Assembly: GCA_001771935.1 (NCBI GenBank)
Contig: MERD01000069.1
Span: forward strand, 6,111-70,110
Direction: 5' to 3'
Origin: Betaproteobacteria bacterium RIFCSPLOWO2_02_FULL_67_26
GTDB taxonomy: Bacteria > Pseudomonadota > Gammaproteobacteria > Burkholderiales > SG8-41
DNA: 64,000 nucleotides
The translations under genes were made by a program, and so were the position numbers. Shown here one piece after another: positions 56,986-64,000 of this stretch. The notes under the pieces were generated by a model. It was not told the origin of the DNA and searched no databases. It saw nothing but the letters and a program-made list of their open reading frames with translations. The number at the start of each line of letters is the position of its first letter. Positions within the stretch are counted from its first letter, which is position 1.

Positions 56986-58533
56986 GTGACGCAGGTTCTC
57001 GCCCGCAAGTGGCGTCCCCGTACCTTCGCTGAGCTGGTGGGGCAGGAGCACGTGGTGCGCGCGCTCCAGAATGCGCTGGCGCAGCAGCGGCTGCACCACG
57101 CCTACCTTTTCACCGGGACGCGCGGCGTGGGCAAGACGACGCTCGCCCGCATCGTCGCCAAGGCGCTCAACTGCGAGTCCGGCGTGAGCGCGACGCCGTG
57201 CGGGCAATGCCCGGCGTGCGCGGAGATCGACGCCGGCCGCTTCGTCGACCTGATCGAGCTCGACGCCGCCTCCAACACCCAGGTCGACAACATGCGGGAA
57301 CTGCTGGAAAGCGCGCTCTATGCGCCGACCGCCGGGCGCTACAAGGTCTACATCATCGACGAAGTGCACATGCTGTCGCGCAATGCATTCAACGCGATGC
57401 TGAAGACGCTGGAAGAGCCGCCCGCGCACGTCACGTTCATCCTCGCCACCACGGATCCCCAGAAGATTCCGGTCACGGTGCTGTCGCGCTGCCTGCAGTT
57501 CAATCTCAAGCAGATCCCGCAGCAGCAGATCAGAGGCCGCCTGCAGCACATACTGGAAGCCGAGAGCATCCGCTACGAGGCTGCGGCGCTGCCGTTGCTC
57601 GCGCGCGCCGCCCAGGGCAGCCTGCGCGATGCGCTGAGCCTCCTCGACCAGGCGATTGCCCATGGCGCGGGCAGCGTCGGGGAAGAATCCGTGCACGCGA
57701 TGCTGGGCGTGGTGGGCCGGGATCCGCTCTATGCCGTCCTGCGCGCCCTGGCGCGGCAGGATGGCGCCGCCCTCGTGGCGGAAGCCGCGCGCATGGCGGA
57801 ACTCAGCCTCTCGTTCGAGGCCGCGCTCCAGGACCTGGCATCGCTGTTGCACCGGATCTCGCTCGCCCAGACGGTGCCGGATGCGCTCGGAGACGACCCC
57901 GAGCGCGCCGTGATCGAGGAGCTGTCCCGCCAGGTCTCCGCCGACGACCTTCAGCTGTACTACCAGATCGCCATTCAAGGCCGCGCGGATCTGGGACTGG
58001 CTCCGGACGAGCACGCCGGTTTCACCATGACGCTGCTGCGCATGCTGGCTTTCGCTCCCGCAGCGGAGGCCGCGGCGGGGACCGTTTCGACCCCGGCGGC
58101 GGCCCAGCGAGCCGCGCCCGCAGCACCCGCCGCGGAATCAAAAAAAAACCGCGGTGACGCGAGCTGGCAGGCGCTGGTGGCCGAGCTCAACCTCACCGGC
58201 ATGGCGCGCATGCTCGCCGAGCATTGCGAGCTGGTGGCGCGTGACGCCGCGCGGTTCGAGTTGCGGATCGCCCAGGCCCATCAGCGGCTGCTGGACGGGC
58301 CGTACCAGGACCGGCTCAAGGCGGCGCTGGAGAGCCGCCTCGGCGCGAAAGTGAGGCTCGTAATCCAGCTTGCGGACAGCGCCGGGGCTTCGCCTGCGGC
58401 CATCGCCGATCGCGAAAAACAGCAGCGGCAGGCACAGGCCATCGCCGCCATCGAGCAGGACCCGTTCGTGCGCGAGCTGGTCGAGAACTTCGACGGGCGC
58501 GTCGTGGAGTCCTCCATCAAACCGGTGCAGTAG
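56986..58533 (+). CDS. dnaX: DNA polymerase III subunit tau/gamma
   Basis: 515 aa with a GTG start. [23 protein letters not shown], Walker [10 protein letters not shown], zinc module [10 protein letters not shown], and SRC motif VLSRCLQF. See the finding on the A9 tract at 58140-58148. Confidence 0.95.
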   Translation: MTQVLARKWRPRTFAELVGQEHVVRALQNALAQQRLHHAYLFTGTRGVGKTTLARIVAKALNCESGVSATPCGQCPACAEIDAGRFVDLIELDAASNTQVDNMRELLESALYAPTAGRYKVYIIDEVHMLSRNAFNAMLKTLEEPPAHVTFILATTDPQKIPVTVLSRCLQFNLKQIPQQQIRGRLQHILEAESIRYEAAALPLLARAAQGSLRDALSLLDQAIAHGAGSVGEESVHAMLGVVGRDPLYAVLRALARQDGAALVAEAARMAELSLSFEAALQDLASLLHRISLAQTVPDALGDDPERAVIEELSRQVSADDLQLYYQIAIQGRADLGLAPDEHAGFTMTLLRMLAFAPAAEAAAGTVSTPAAAQRAAPAAPAAESKKNRGDASWQALVAELNLTGMARMLAEHCELVARDAARFELRIAQAHQRLLDGPYQDRLKAALESRLGAKVRLVIQLADSAGASPAAIADREKQQRQAQAIAAIEQDPFVRELVENFDGRVVESSIKPVQ

Positions 58534-58547
58534 AGAGGGGGCTGAGG

Positions 58548-58871
58548 ATGAAGGGCGGAATCGGAAACCTGATGAAGCAGGCGCAGCTCGTGCAGGAGAA
58601 CATGAAGAAGCTGCAGGAGCAGCTGGCCGCGATGGAAATCGAAGGGCAGGCGGGCTCGGGTCTGGTCAAGATCGTCATGACCGGCCGGCACGAGGTCAAG
58701 CGGGTGACCATAGCGCCCTCGCTGCTCGGCGACGACAAGGACATGCTGGAAGACCTGGTCGCCGCGGCGTTCAACGATGCCGCGCGGAAAGTGGATTCCA
58801 CGACGCAGGAAAGGATGGCCGCCGCCACGGCGGGACTGTCATTGCCGCCAGGGATGAAGCTGCCGTTCTAA
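58548..58871 (+). CDS. ybaB: Nucleoid-associated protein YbaB/EbfC
   Basis: 107 aa. [38 protein letters not shown]. Conserved dnaX-ybaB-recR order. Confidence 0.9.
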   Translation: MKGGIGNLMKQAQLVQENMKKLQEQLAAMEIEGQAGSGLVKIVMTGRHEVKRVTIAPSLLGDDKDMLEDLVAAAFNDAARKVDSTTQERMAAATAGLSLPPGMKLPF

Positions 58872-59468
58872 GTGAAAACACCATCATCGCTCGACGAGCT
58901 GATATCCGCCTTGCGCTGTTTGCCGGGCGTCGGGCCCAAATCGGCGCAGCGCATGGCCTATCACCTGTTGCAGCGCGACCGGGCAGGCGCAACGCGGCTG
59001 GCGGCGGCGCTGACCCAGGCGCTCGAGAGGATCCGGCACTGCGAGCTCTGCAACAGCTACTCCGAGGCGGCGCTATGCGAACTGTGCGATTCGCCGCGCC
59101 GCGATCGCGCCCTGCTGTGCGTGGTGGAGTCGCCGGCAGACCTGCTCATGATGGAGCAGGCGCAGTGCTATCAGGGCTTGTACTTCGTGCTGATGGGGGC
59201 GCTCTCGCCGCTCGACGGAATCGGGCCCAAGGAGATTCATGTCGAACGCCTGATTCGGCGCGCGACCGACGGCGAGGTGCATGAAGTGATACTGGCCACC
59301 AACTTCACGATGGAGGGCGAGGCCACCGCGCACTATGTCGGCGAGGCGTTGCGCGCGCGCGGCCTGAAGGTGACCCGCATCGCGCGCGGCCTGCCGGTGG
59401 GAGGGGAAATCGAGCACGTGGACAGCGGGACGCTCGCCCAGGCCGTGCTCGAGCGGCGCGAGGCGTAG
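58872..59468 (+). CDS. recR: Recombination protein RecR
   Basis: 198 aa. The GTG start abuts the ybaB stop. [13 protein letters not shown] helix-hairpin-helix, CxxC zinc finger (CELCNS...CELCDS) and a Toprim region. Confidence 0.95.
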   Translation: MKTPSSLDELISALRCLPGVGPKSAQRMAYHLLQRDRAGATRLAAALTQALERIRHCELCNSYSEAALCELCDSPRRDRALLCVVESPADLLMMEQAQCYQGLYFVLMGALSPLDGIGPKEIHVERLIRRATDGEVHEVILATNFTMEGEATAHYVGEALRARGLKVTRIARGLPVGGEIEHVDSGTLAQAVLERREA

Positions 59469-59473
59469 CACCC

Positions 59474-60310
59474 ATGACGGGCGAACGGACTGCGTCTCCG
59501 CACGGCGCAACCTATAAGCTGCAAAAGGCGCTCGCCCAGGCCGGCCTGGGATCGCGGCGCGAAATGGAGCAGTGGATACAAGCCGGTCGCGTCACGGTCA
59601 ATGGCGTCAAGGCCCGGCTCGGCGCCAGGGTCGGCGCGCAAGACGTGGTCATGGTCGACGGGCGCATCCTGCGATCCGCGGCGCCGGAGCGGCTGCCGCA
59701 GGTGCTCATCTATCACAAGCCCGAGGGCGAGATCGCCAGTCGCGACGATCCCGCCGGGCGGCCGAGCGTGTTCGACAAGCTGCCGCGGCTGCGGGACGCG
59801 AAATGGGTGGCCGTCGGCCGTCTCGACTTCAATAGCAGCGGGCTGCTGCTGTTCACGACGTCCGGGGAGCTTGCCAATCGCATGATGCATCCGAGCCACG
59901 AGCTGGACCGGGAATACGCGGTGCGCGTGCGCGGCAGATTGACCGAGGAGCAGGGTGCCAGGCTGCTGTCCGGGATCCGGCTGGAGGACGGCATGGCGCG
60001 CTGCGAATCCGTGTCTACCGAAGGCGGGGAGGGCGCGAACCGGTGGTACCGCGTCGTGCTCAGGGAAGGCCGCAACCGCATCGTGCGCAGGCTGTTCGAC
60101 GCACTGGGGTTGAGCATCAGTCGCCTGATGCGGGTGCGCTTCGGGCCGGTTGTGCTGCCGCCGCGGTTGCGGCGCGGGCAGATTCTGGAACTGGCCCCGG
60201 CGGAAGTCCGGCAGCTGCTGACTACGCTCGGGTTGCCGGTGCCGCGGCCGCGAGCTGCTCGCGGGCCAGCAGAAACACATCGCCACCGCCGCCCGTATCG
60301 AGCCAGGTGA
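59474..60310 (+). CDS. rluB: 23S rRNA pseudouridine synthase, RluB-like (RsuA/RluB family)
   Basis: 278 aa. S4 domain (KLQKALAQAGLGSRREMEQWIQAGRVTVNG), catalytic GRLDFNSSGLLLFT, and an Arg-rich tail. The 3' end overlaps convergent prmB by 89 nt. Confidence 0.85.
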   Translation: MTGERTASPHGATYKLQKALAQAGLGSRREMEQWIQAGRVTVNGVKARLGARVGAQDVVMVDGRILRSAAPERLPQVLIYHKPEGEIASRDDPAGRPSVFDKLPRLRDAKWVAVGRLDFNSSGLLLFTTSGELANRMMHPSHELDREYAVRVRGRLTEEQGARLLSGIRLEDGMARCESVSTEGGEGANRWYRVVLREGRNRIVRRLFDALGLSISRLMRVRFGPVVLPPRLRRGQILELAPAEVRQLLTTLGLPVPRPRAARGPAETHRHRRPYRAR

Positions 60311-61142
60311 ACGGCAGGCGCGGGTAGGCCTTCTCGGCCCTGCGGCGCCCGTCGCCGACTTCCACGACCAGCAATCCTCCCGGTCTCAAGTGGCGCGCCG
60401 CCTGCGCCAGGATCACGCGCACGATGTCGAGTCCATCGCCGCCCCCGGCCAGCGCGATCCGGGGCTCGCAACGATACTCCCGCGGCAGCCGGTGCATGGC
60501 GGCGTCGGTGACGTACGGGGGATTGGAAACGATCAGGTCGTAGCGCTTCCCGCGCAACGCGGCAAACCCCCCGGACCGGATCAGGCGAACGCGATCACGC
60601 AACCGGTGCTGCCTGACGTTGATCCGGGCAACCGCGAGCGCTGCAGCGGAGATATCGGTGGCGTCGATCCGCGCGCGGGGAAAGGCGTGCGCCGCCAGGA
60701 TGGCGAGGCAACCGCTGCCAGTGCACAGATCCAGCGCCGTCCTCACCCGCCCGGCTTCCGGGACCCATGGTGCAAGCCGGCTGTGCAACAGGTCCGCGAT
60801 ATGGGAGCGGGGCACGATTGCCCGCTGGTCCACGTGGAAACGGAAATCGCCGAGCCACGCTTCCCCGGTCAGGTAGGCCGCGGGCTTGCGTTCCCGAATG
60901 CGGCGCTGGAACAGGCGCATCACGCGCGCTGCGTCACGCCGCGTCACGCGCCTCGCAAAAACCTGGGCAGGGGCATCCAGCGGGAGTTCGAGCGCGTGCA
61001 GGGTGAGGTACGCCGCCTCGTCCCTGGCATTGGAGGTGCCGTGGCCGTAGGCGAGGCGGGCGGCGCGGAAACTGCGCGCTCCGTGGTGGACCAATCCGCC
61101 TACCGTCGCGGGGCGGGCGGAAACCGGCCGCCGCGCCTTCAA
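60222..61142 (-). CDS. prmB: 50S ribosomal protein L3 N5-glutamine methyltransferase
   Basis: This is the 3' part of the 796-aa track ORF. GHGTSNARDEA, DLCTGSGCLAI, VSNPPYV and FTWLD..GGGDVFLL match PrmB. The only in-frame start candidate I found that gives the expected length is the TTG at 61142, which overlaps the pilU-like stop (TTGA). Confidence 0.75.
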   Translation of the reverse strand: MKARRPVSARPATVGGLVHHGARSFRAARLAYGHGTSNARDEAAYLTLHALELPLDAPAQVFARRVTRRDAARVMRLFQRRIRERKPAAYLTGEAWLGDFRFHVDQRAIVPRSHIADLLHSRLAPWVPEAGRVRTALDLCTGSGCLAILAAHAFPRARIDATDISAAALAVARINVRQHRLRDRVRLIRSGGFAALRGKRYDLIVSNPPYVTDAAMHRLPREYRCEPRIALAGGGDGLDIVRVILAQAARHLRPGGLLVVEVGDGRRRAEKAYPRLPFTWLDTGGGGDVFLLAREQLAAAAPATRA

Positions 61143-62299
61143 CCGAGCGCGTCGAGGTTCAGCTTGATGCTGGAGATGTCGTCGGGCTGCTTGGTGGCGC
61201 CGGAGGACTGCTGGGCGGTGGAACCCTGTATGCCCGTGGGCTTCGGCGCATTGTTGAGCAGCCAATGAAGGTTGGTGGGTGAGTCGGAGTGCGCCATCGC
61301 TTCCTCGACCGCCACTTTGCCGGTGGCGATATGGTGGAACAGCGCCTGCTCGAACGACTGGGAACCCGGGGACAGGCTCTGCTCCAGGGCGTCCTTGATC
61401 TGGCTGATCTCGCCTTTCGAGATCAGCTCCTGGATATGCTTGGTGTTGAGCAGCACCTCCACGGCCGGGACGCGCTTGCCGTCCACCGTGCGGATGAGGC
61501 GCTGGGAGATGACCGCGCGCAAGGCGATGGCCACGTCCGCCAGCAGGCTCTCGCGCGCTTCGCGCGGGAAAAAGTTGATGATGCGGTTCAGCGCGTTGTA
61601 GCTGTTGTTGGCATGGAGCGTGGACATGCACAGGTGCCCGGTCTGCGCGAACAGCAGGGCGTTCTGCAGCGTCGGCTGGTCGCGAATCTCGCCGATCATG
61701 ATCAGGTCGGGCGCTTCGCGCATCGCGCTGATCAGGGCGTTCGCGTAGCTCTGGGTATCCACGCGGACTTCGCGCTGGTTGACGATCGACTTCTTGTGCT
61801 TGAACAGGAATTCGATCGGGTCCTCGATGGTGAGGATGTGGCCGGTCTTGATGGTGTTGCGGTGGTCGATCATCGAGGCCATGGTGGTGGACTTGCCCGA
61901 GCCGGTGGATCCCACCACGAGGATCAGCCCCAGCTTCTCCATGATGACTTCCTTGAGGATAGCCGGCAGGCCCAGGGACTCGAACGACGGCACGTCGGGC
62001 TTGACGAAGCGGATCACCATCGCCACGGTGTTCTTCTGGCGGAAGATGTTGATGCGGAAATTGCCGAGCTCGCCGGCGCTTTGCGCGAAATTCATCTCGT
62101 GGATGGACTCGAATTCCTTGACCTGCACTTCGGTCATCAGCTCGTAGCAGATTTTCTTGCACTGCTCGGCGTCGAGCGCCTGGCTGTTGATCGGCATCAC
62201 CACGCCGTTGATCTTGATCTGGATCGGCGCCCCGGACGTGAAGTACATGTCGGAGGCCTGCTTGTCGGCCATCAGCTTGAACAGCGGCGTCACGAACAT
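61139..62299 (-). CDS. pilU: PilT/PilU-family type IV pilus retraction ATPase (PilU-like)
   Basis: 386 aa. ASDMYFTSGAPIQIKINGVVMPI (PilU-like N-terminus), Walker A GSTGSGKSTT, DLIMIGEIRD and HLCMSTLHANN. Has an unusual Gln/Ser-rich C-terminal tail of about 40 aa. Confidence 0.8.
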   Translation of the reverse strand: MFVTPLFKLMADKQASDMYFTSGAPIQIKINGVVMPINSQALDAEQCKKICYELMTEVQVKEFESIHEMNFAQSAGELGNFRINIFRQKNTVAMVIRFVKPDVPSFESLGLPAILKEVIMEKLGLILVVGSTGSGKSTTMASMIDHRNTIKTGHILTIEDPIEFLFKHKKSIVNQREVRVDTQSYANALISAMREAPDLIMIGEIRDQPTLQNALLFAQTGHLCMSTLHANNSYNALNRIINFFPREARESLLADVAIALRAVISQRLIRTVDGKRVPAVEVLLNTKHIQELISKGEISQIKDALEQSLSPGSQSFEQALFHHIATGKVAVEEAMAHSDSPTNLHWLLNNAPKPTGIQGSTAQQSSGATKQPDDISSIKLNLDALG

Positions 62300-62415
62300 G
62301 AACTTCCCCTGAAAATTGTTTTCGCTTTGAAATCAGCTTGTTGCGCGGACCCCCGGCGGTTCGCACGGTTCCATCGCAGCAGTCATTGTAACCCCGTGCG
62401 GCGCCACGCAGCGCG

Positions 62416-63237
62416 TCAATCGCCGCGCAGCAGCTCGTTGATGCTGGTTTTCGCCCGGGTCCTGGCGTCGACCTGCTTGACGATGACGGCGCAGTAAAGA
62501 CTGCAGTGGCCGTCGGCGTCCGGCAGGCTGCCCGGCACCACCACGGAACCCGCCGGCACCCGCCCGTAGAGGATCTCCTTGGTCTGACGGTGGTAGATGC
62601 GGGTGCTGGCACCGATGAACACGCCCATCGAGATCACGGCCCCTTCCTCGACCACCACGCCCTCCACGATCTCCGAGCGCGCCCCGATGAAGCAATTGTC
62701 CTCGATGATGGTGGGATTGGCCTGCACCGGCTCCAGCACCCCGCCGATGCCCACGCCGCCCGAGAGATGAACGTTCTTCCCGACCTGGGCGCAGGAGCCG
62801 ACCGTGGCCCACGTGTCCACCATGGTGCCCTCGTCCACGTAGGCGCCGATGTTGACGAAGGAGGGCATCAGCACCACGTTCTTCGCGATGTACGCGCCTT
62901 TGCGCGCGGCAGCCGGCGGCACCACGCGGAACCCGCCTTCCTGGAACGCGCGGGGCGTGTAGTCGGAGAACTTGGCGGCCACCTTGTCGTAGTACTGGGT
63001 GTAACCGTCCTTCATCACGAAATTGTCCTGCAGCCGGAACGACAGCAGCACCGCTTTCTTGACCCATTGATGGGTGACCCACTCGCCCTTCGATTTCTCC
63101 GCGACGCGCAGTTTTCCCGCGTCCAGCTGATCGATGGTCCGGGCGACCGCGTCCTTCAGCCGCGCATCGGCCGTCGCCGGGCCGACGTCGGCACGGCGCT
63201 CCCAGGCCTGCTCAATGATGGTCTGCAACTCGGTCAT
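62416..63237 (-). CDS. dapD: 2,3,4,5-tetrahydropyridine-2,6-dicarboxylate N-succinyltransferase
   Basis: 273 aa from [15 protein letters not shown]. Hexapeptide-repeat region ([40 protein letters not shown]). Confidence 0.9.
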   Translation of the reverse strand: MTELQTIIEQAWERRADVGPATADARLKDAVARTIDQLDAGKLRVAEKSKGEWVTHQWVKKAVLLSFRLQDNFVMKDGYTQYYDKVAAKFSDYTPRAFQEGGFRVVPPAAARKGAYIAKNVVLMPSFVNIGAYVDEGTMVDTWATVGSCAQVGKNVHLSGGVGIGGVLEPVQANPTIIEDNCFIGARSEIVEGVVVEEGAVISMGVFIGASTRIYHRQTKEILYGRVPAGSVVVPGSLPDADGHCSLYCAVIVKQVDARTRAKTSINELLRGD

Positions 63238-63299
63238 GCGGCGATTGTACCTGAGTGAACGGGCCGCCCGCGCCCCGGCCGCGGACGACGGCGGGCAAG

Positions 63300-63719
63300 T
63301 CAACCTTGAGCGTCAGGGGCGCCGGGAAGATCGGATAGCTCGGCGCCCGGCCGGCGCTTCCAGCCCCGCTTGGCATGCTCGGCAACGATGGTTGTCGTGA
63401 TTCCCCCGCGGACGTTGAACCGCGCGGTGAGCCGCATGAAACGCGGACGCGTGGCGCGCACCAGGTCGTCAAGGATGCGATTCGTCACCGCCTCGTGGAA
63501 CGCGCCCTCATCGCGATACGACCAGACGTAGAGCTTGAGGCTCTTCAGCTCGACGCAGCGCCGGTCCGGCACGTAGTCGAGGAAGAGGGTCGCGAAGTCG
63601 GGCTGCCCGGTGCGCGGGCACAGGCAGGTAAACTCCGGTATTTCCATGTGAATCCGGTAGTCGCGGTCGGGATGGGGGTTGGCGAAGGTCTCCAGCCCCC
63701 TCTTCGGCGTGCTCGGCAT
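63300..63719 (-). CDS. queF: NADPH-dependent 7-cyano-7-deazaguanine reductase (type I QueF)
   Basis: 139 aa from [12 protein letters not shown]. Catalytic Cys context [14 protein letters not shown] and the QueF motif [13 protein letters not shown]. Confidence 0.9.
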   Translation of the reverse strand: MPSTPKRGLETFANPHPDRDYRIHMEIPEFTCLCPRTGQPDFATLFLDYVPDRRCVELKSLKLYVWSYRDEGAFHEAVTNRILDDLVRATRPRFMRLTARFNVRGGITTTIVAEHAKRGWKRRPGAELSDLPGAPDAQG

Positions 63720-63813
63720 GATGCAAGTATTTCTTCGAAAAATTCGGTAAAATACTCTTCCCAAATAGCCTGCGGATTATAACCATACACAAGCCACAAT
63801 AAAGACCGCTCAA

Positions 63814-64000
63814 TTGAGACTCAAGCAGATCAATCTCGCAGGCTTCAAGTCTTTCGTAGACCCCACTCACATCCCCGTCCCCGGACAACTGGTAGGCATC
63901 GTCGGCCCCAACGGCTGCGGCAAGTCGAACGTCATCGACGCCGTGCGCTGGGTGCTCGGCGAAACCTCCGCGAAGCACCTTCGCGGGGACACCATGCAGG
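63814..64000 (+). CDS. smc: Chromosome segregation protein SMC, N-terminal fragment (continues beyond window)
   Basis: Read directly from the DNA and absent from the ORF track. A TTG start is followed by [49 protein letters not shown], which carries Walker A. Confidence 0.8.
   Translation, partial: MRLKQINLAGFKSFVDPTHIPVPGQLVGIVGPNGCGKSNVIDAVRWVLGETSAKHLRGDTMQ

Noticed and set aside
58154-58354. 66-aa +1 frame ORF inside dnaX as a possible frameshift product or separate gene
   Set aside because: A +1 shift at the A9 tract would add a ~70-aa Arg/Trp-rich tail with no precedent. The -1 frame gives the immediate stop expected for gamma. The ORF itself is an alternate-frame artefact.
60222-62612. 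796-aa minus-strand ORF spanning prmB, pilU and part of dapD
   Set aside because: Only the last ~306 codons (60222-61142) have PrmB motifs. The upstream part is an alternate frame of the pilU-like gene with junk composition. Called as prmB with a TTG start.
63720-63813. preQ1 riboswitch upstream of queF in the AT-rich queF-smc divergent region
   Set aside because: Reading the minus strand upstream of queF, I see a TATAAT-like hexamer. I do not see the preQ1-I/II consensus or a compact hairpin with an A-rich tail. This is probably just a divergent promoter region.

Overview
High-GC proteobacterial chromosomal segment. G+C looks like roughly two-thirds by eye and was not computed. The gene order (yciB-bolA-ppiC, mdh/sdhCDAB-sdhE-gltA-sucAB-lpd-zapE, ffs...dnaX-ybaB-recR) looks betaproteobacterial, which is an inference. 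All calls come from reading the ORF translations and the DNA, with no database searches. I support about 54 protein genes, one tRNA-Ser(GGA), one SRP (4.5S) RNA, one intrinsic terminator, one MITE-like inverted-repeat element and a few candidate regulatory sites. Most of the window is housekeeping: ilvD, nnr, purL, a co-directional TCA run from sdhC through lpd, zapE and an acuI-like gene, acs, dnaX-ybaB-recR, rluB, prmB, dapD, queF and smc. The unusual part is 12.0-36.7 kb. It holds three intact AcnA-type aconitase paralogs on one strand, two of them in tandem behind mdh-prpD. They bracket a ~14-kb block with no regulator gene. That block carries two tripartite tricarboxylate transporter (TTT) sets, a PanE-like reductase, a PuuE-like deacetylase-fold protein, a short LeuA/NifV-clade (TLRDGEQ) acyl-CoA:2-oxoacid synthase paired with a leaderless periplasmic-binding-protein-fold protein, an E1alpha/E1beta/E2 2-oxoacid dehydrogenase without E3, and a luciferase-like flavin oxygenase. 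I read this as a candidate undescribed uptake and conversion route for a substituted tri/dicarboxylate, but that is a hypothesis. Other items worth a second look: an A9 tract in dnaX whose -1 frame stops after two codons (a gamma/tau-type recoding candidate); a lone GAF-GspE/PilB-type ATPase bracketed by a 12-bp direct repeat of the tRNA-Ser 3' half; a MITE-like AT-rich element between the E1beta and E2 genes; and orphan type IV pilus genes (TfpX/TfpZ-like, and a PilU-like gene apparently coupled to prmB). I saw no CRISPR array, transposase, integrase, prophage or recognisable defence/TA genes. The many long antisense or alternate-frame ORFs in the track are high-GC artefacts.
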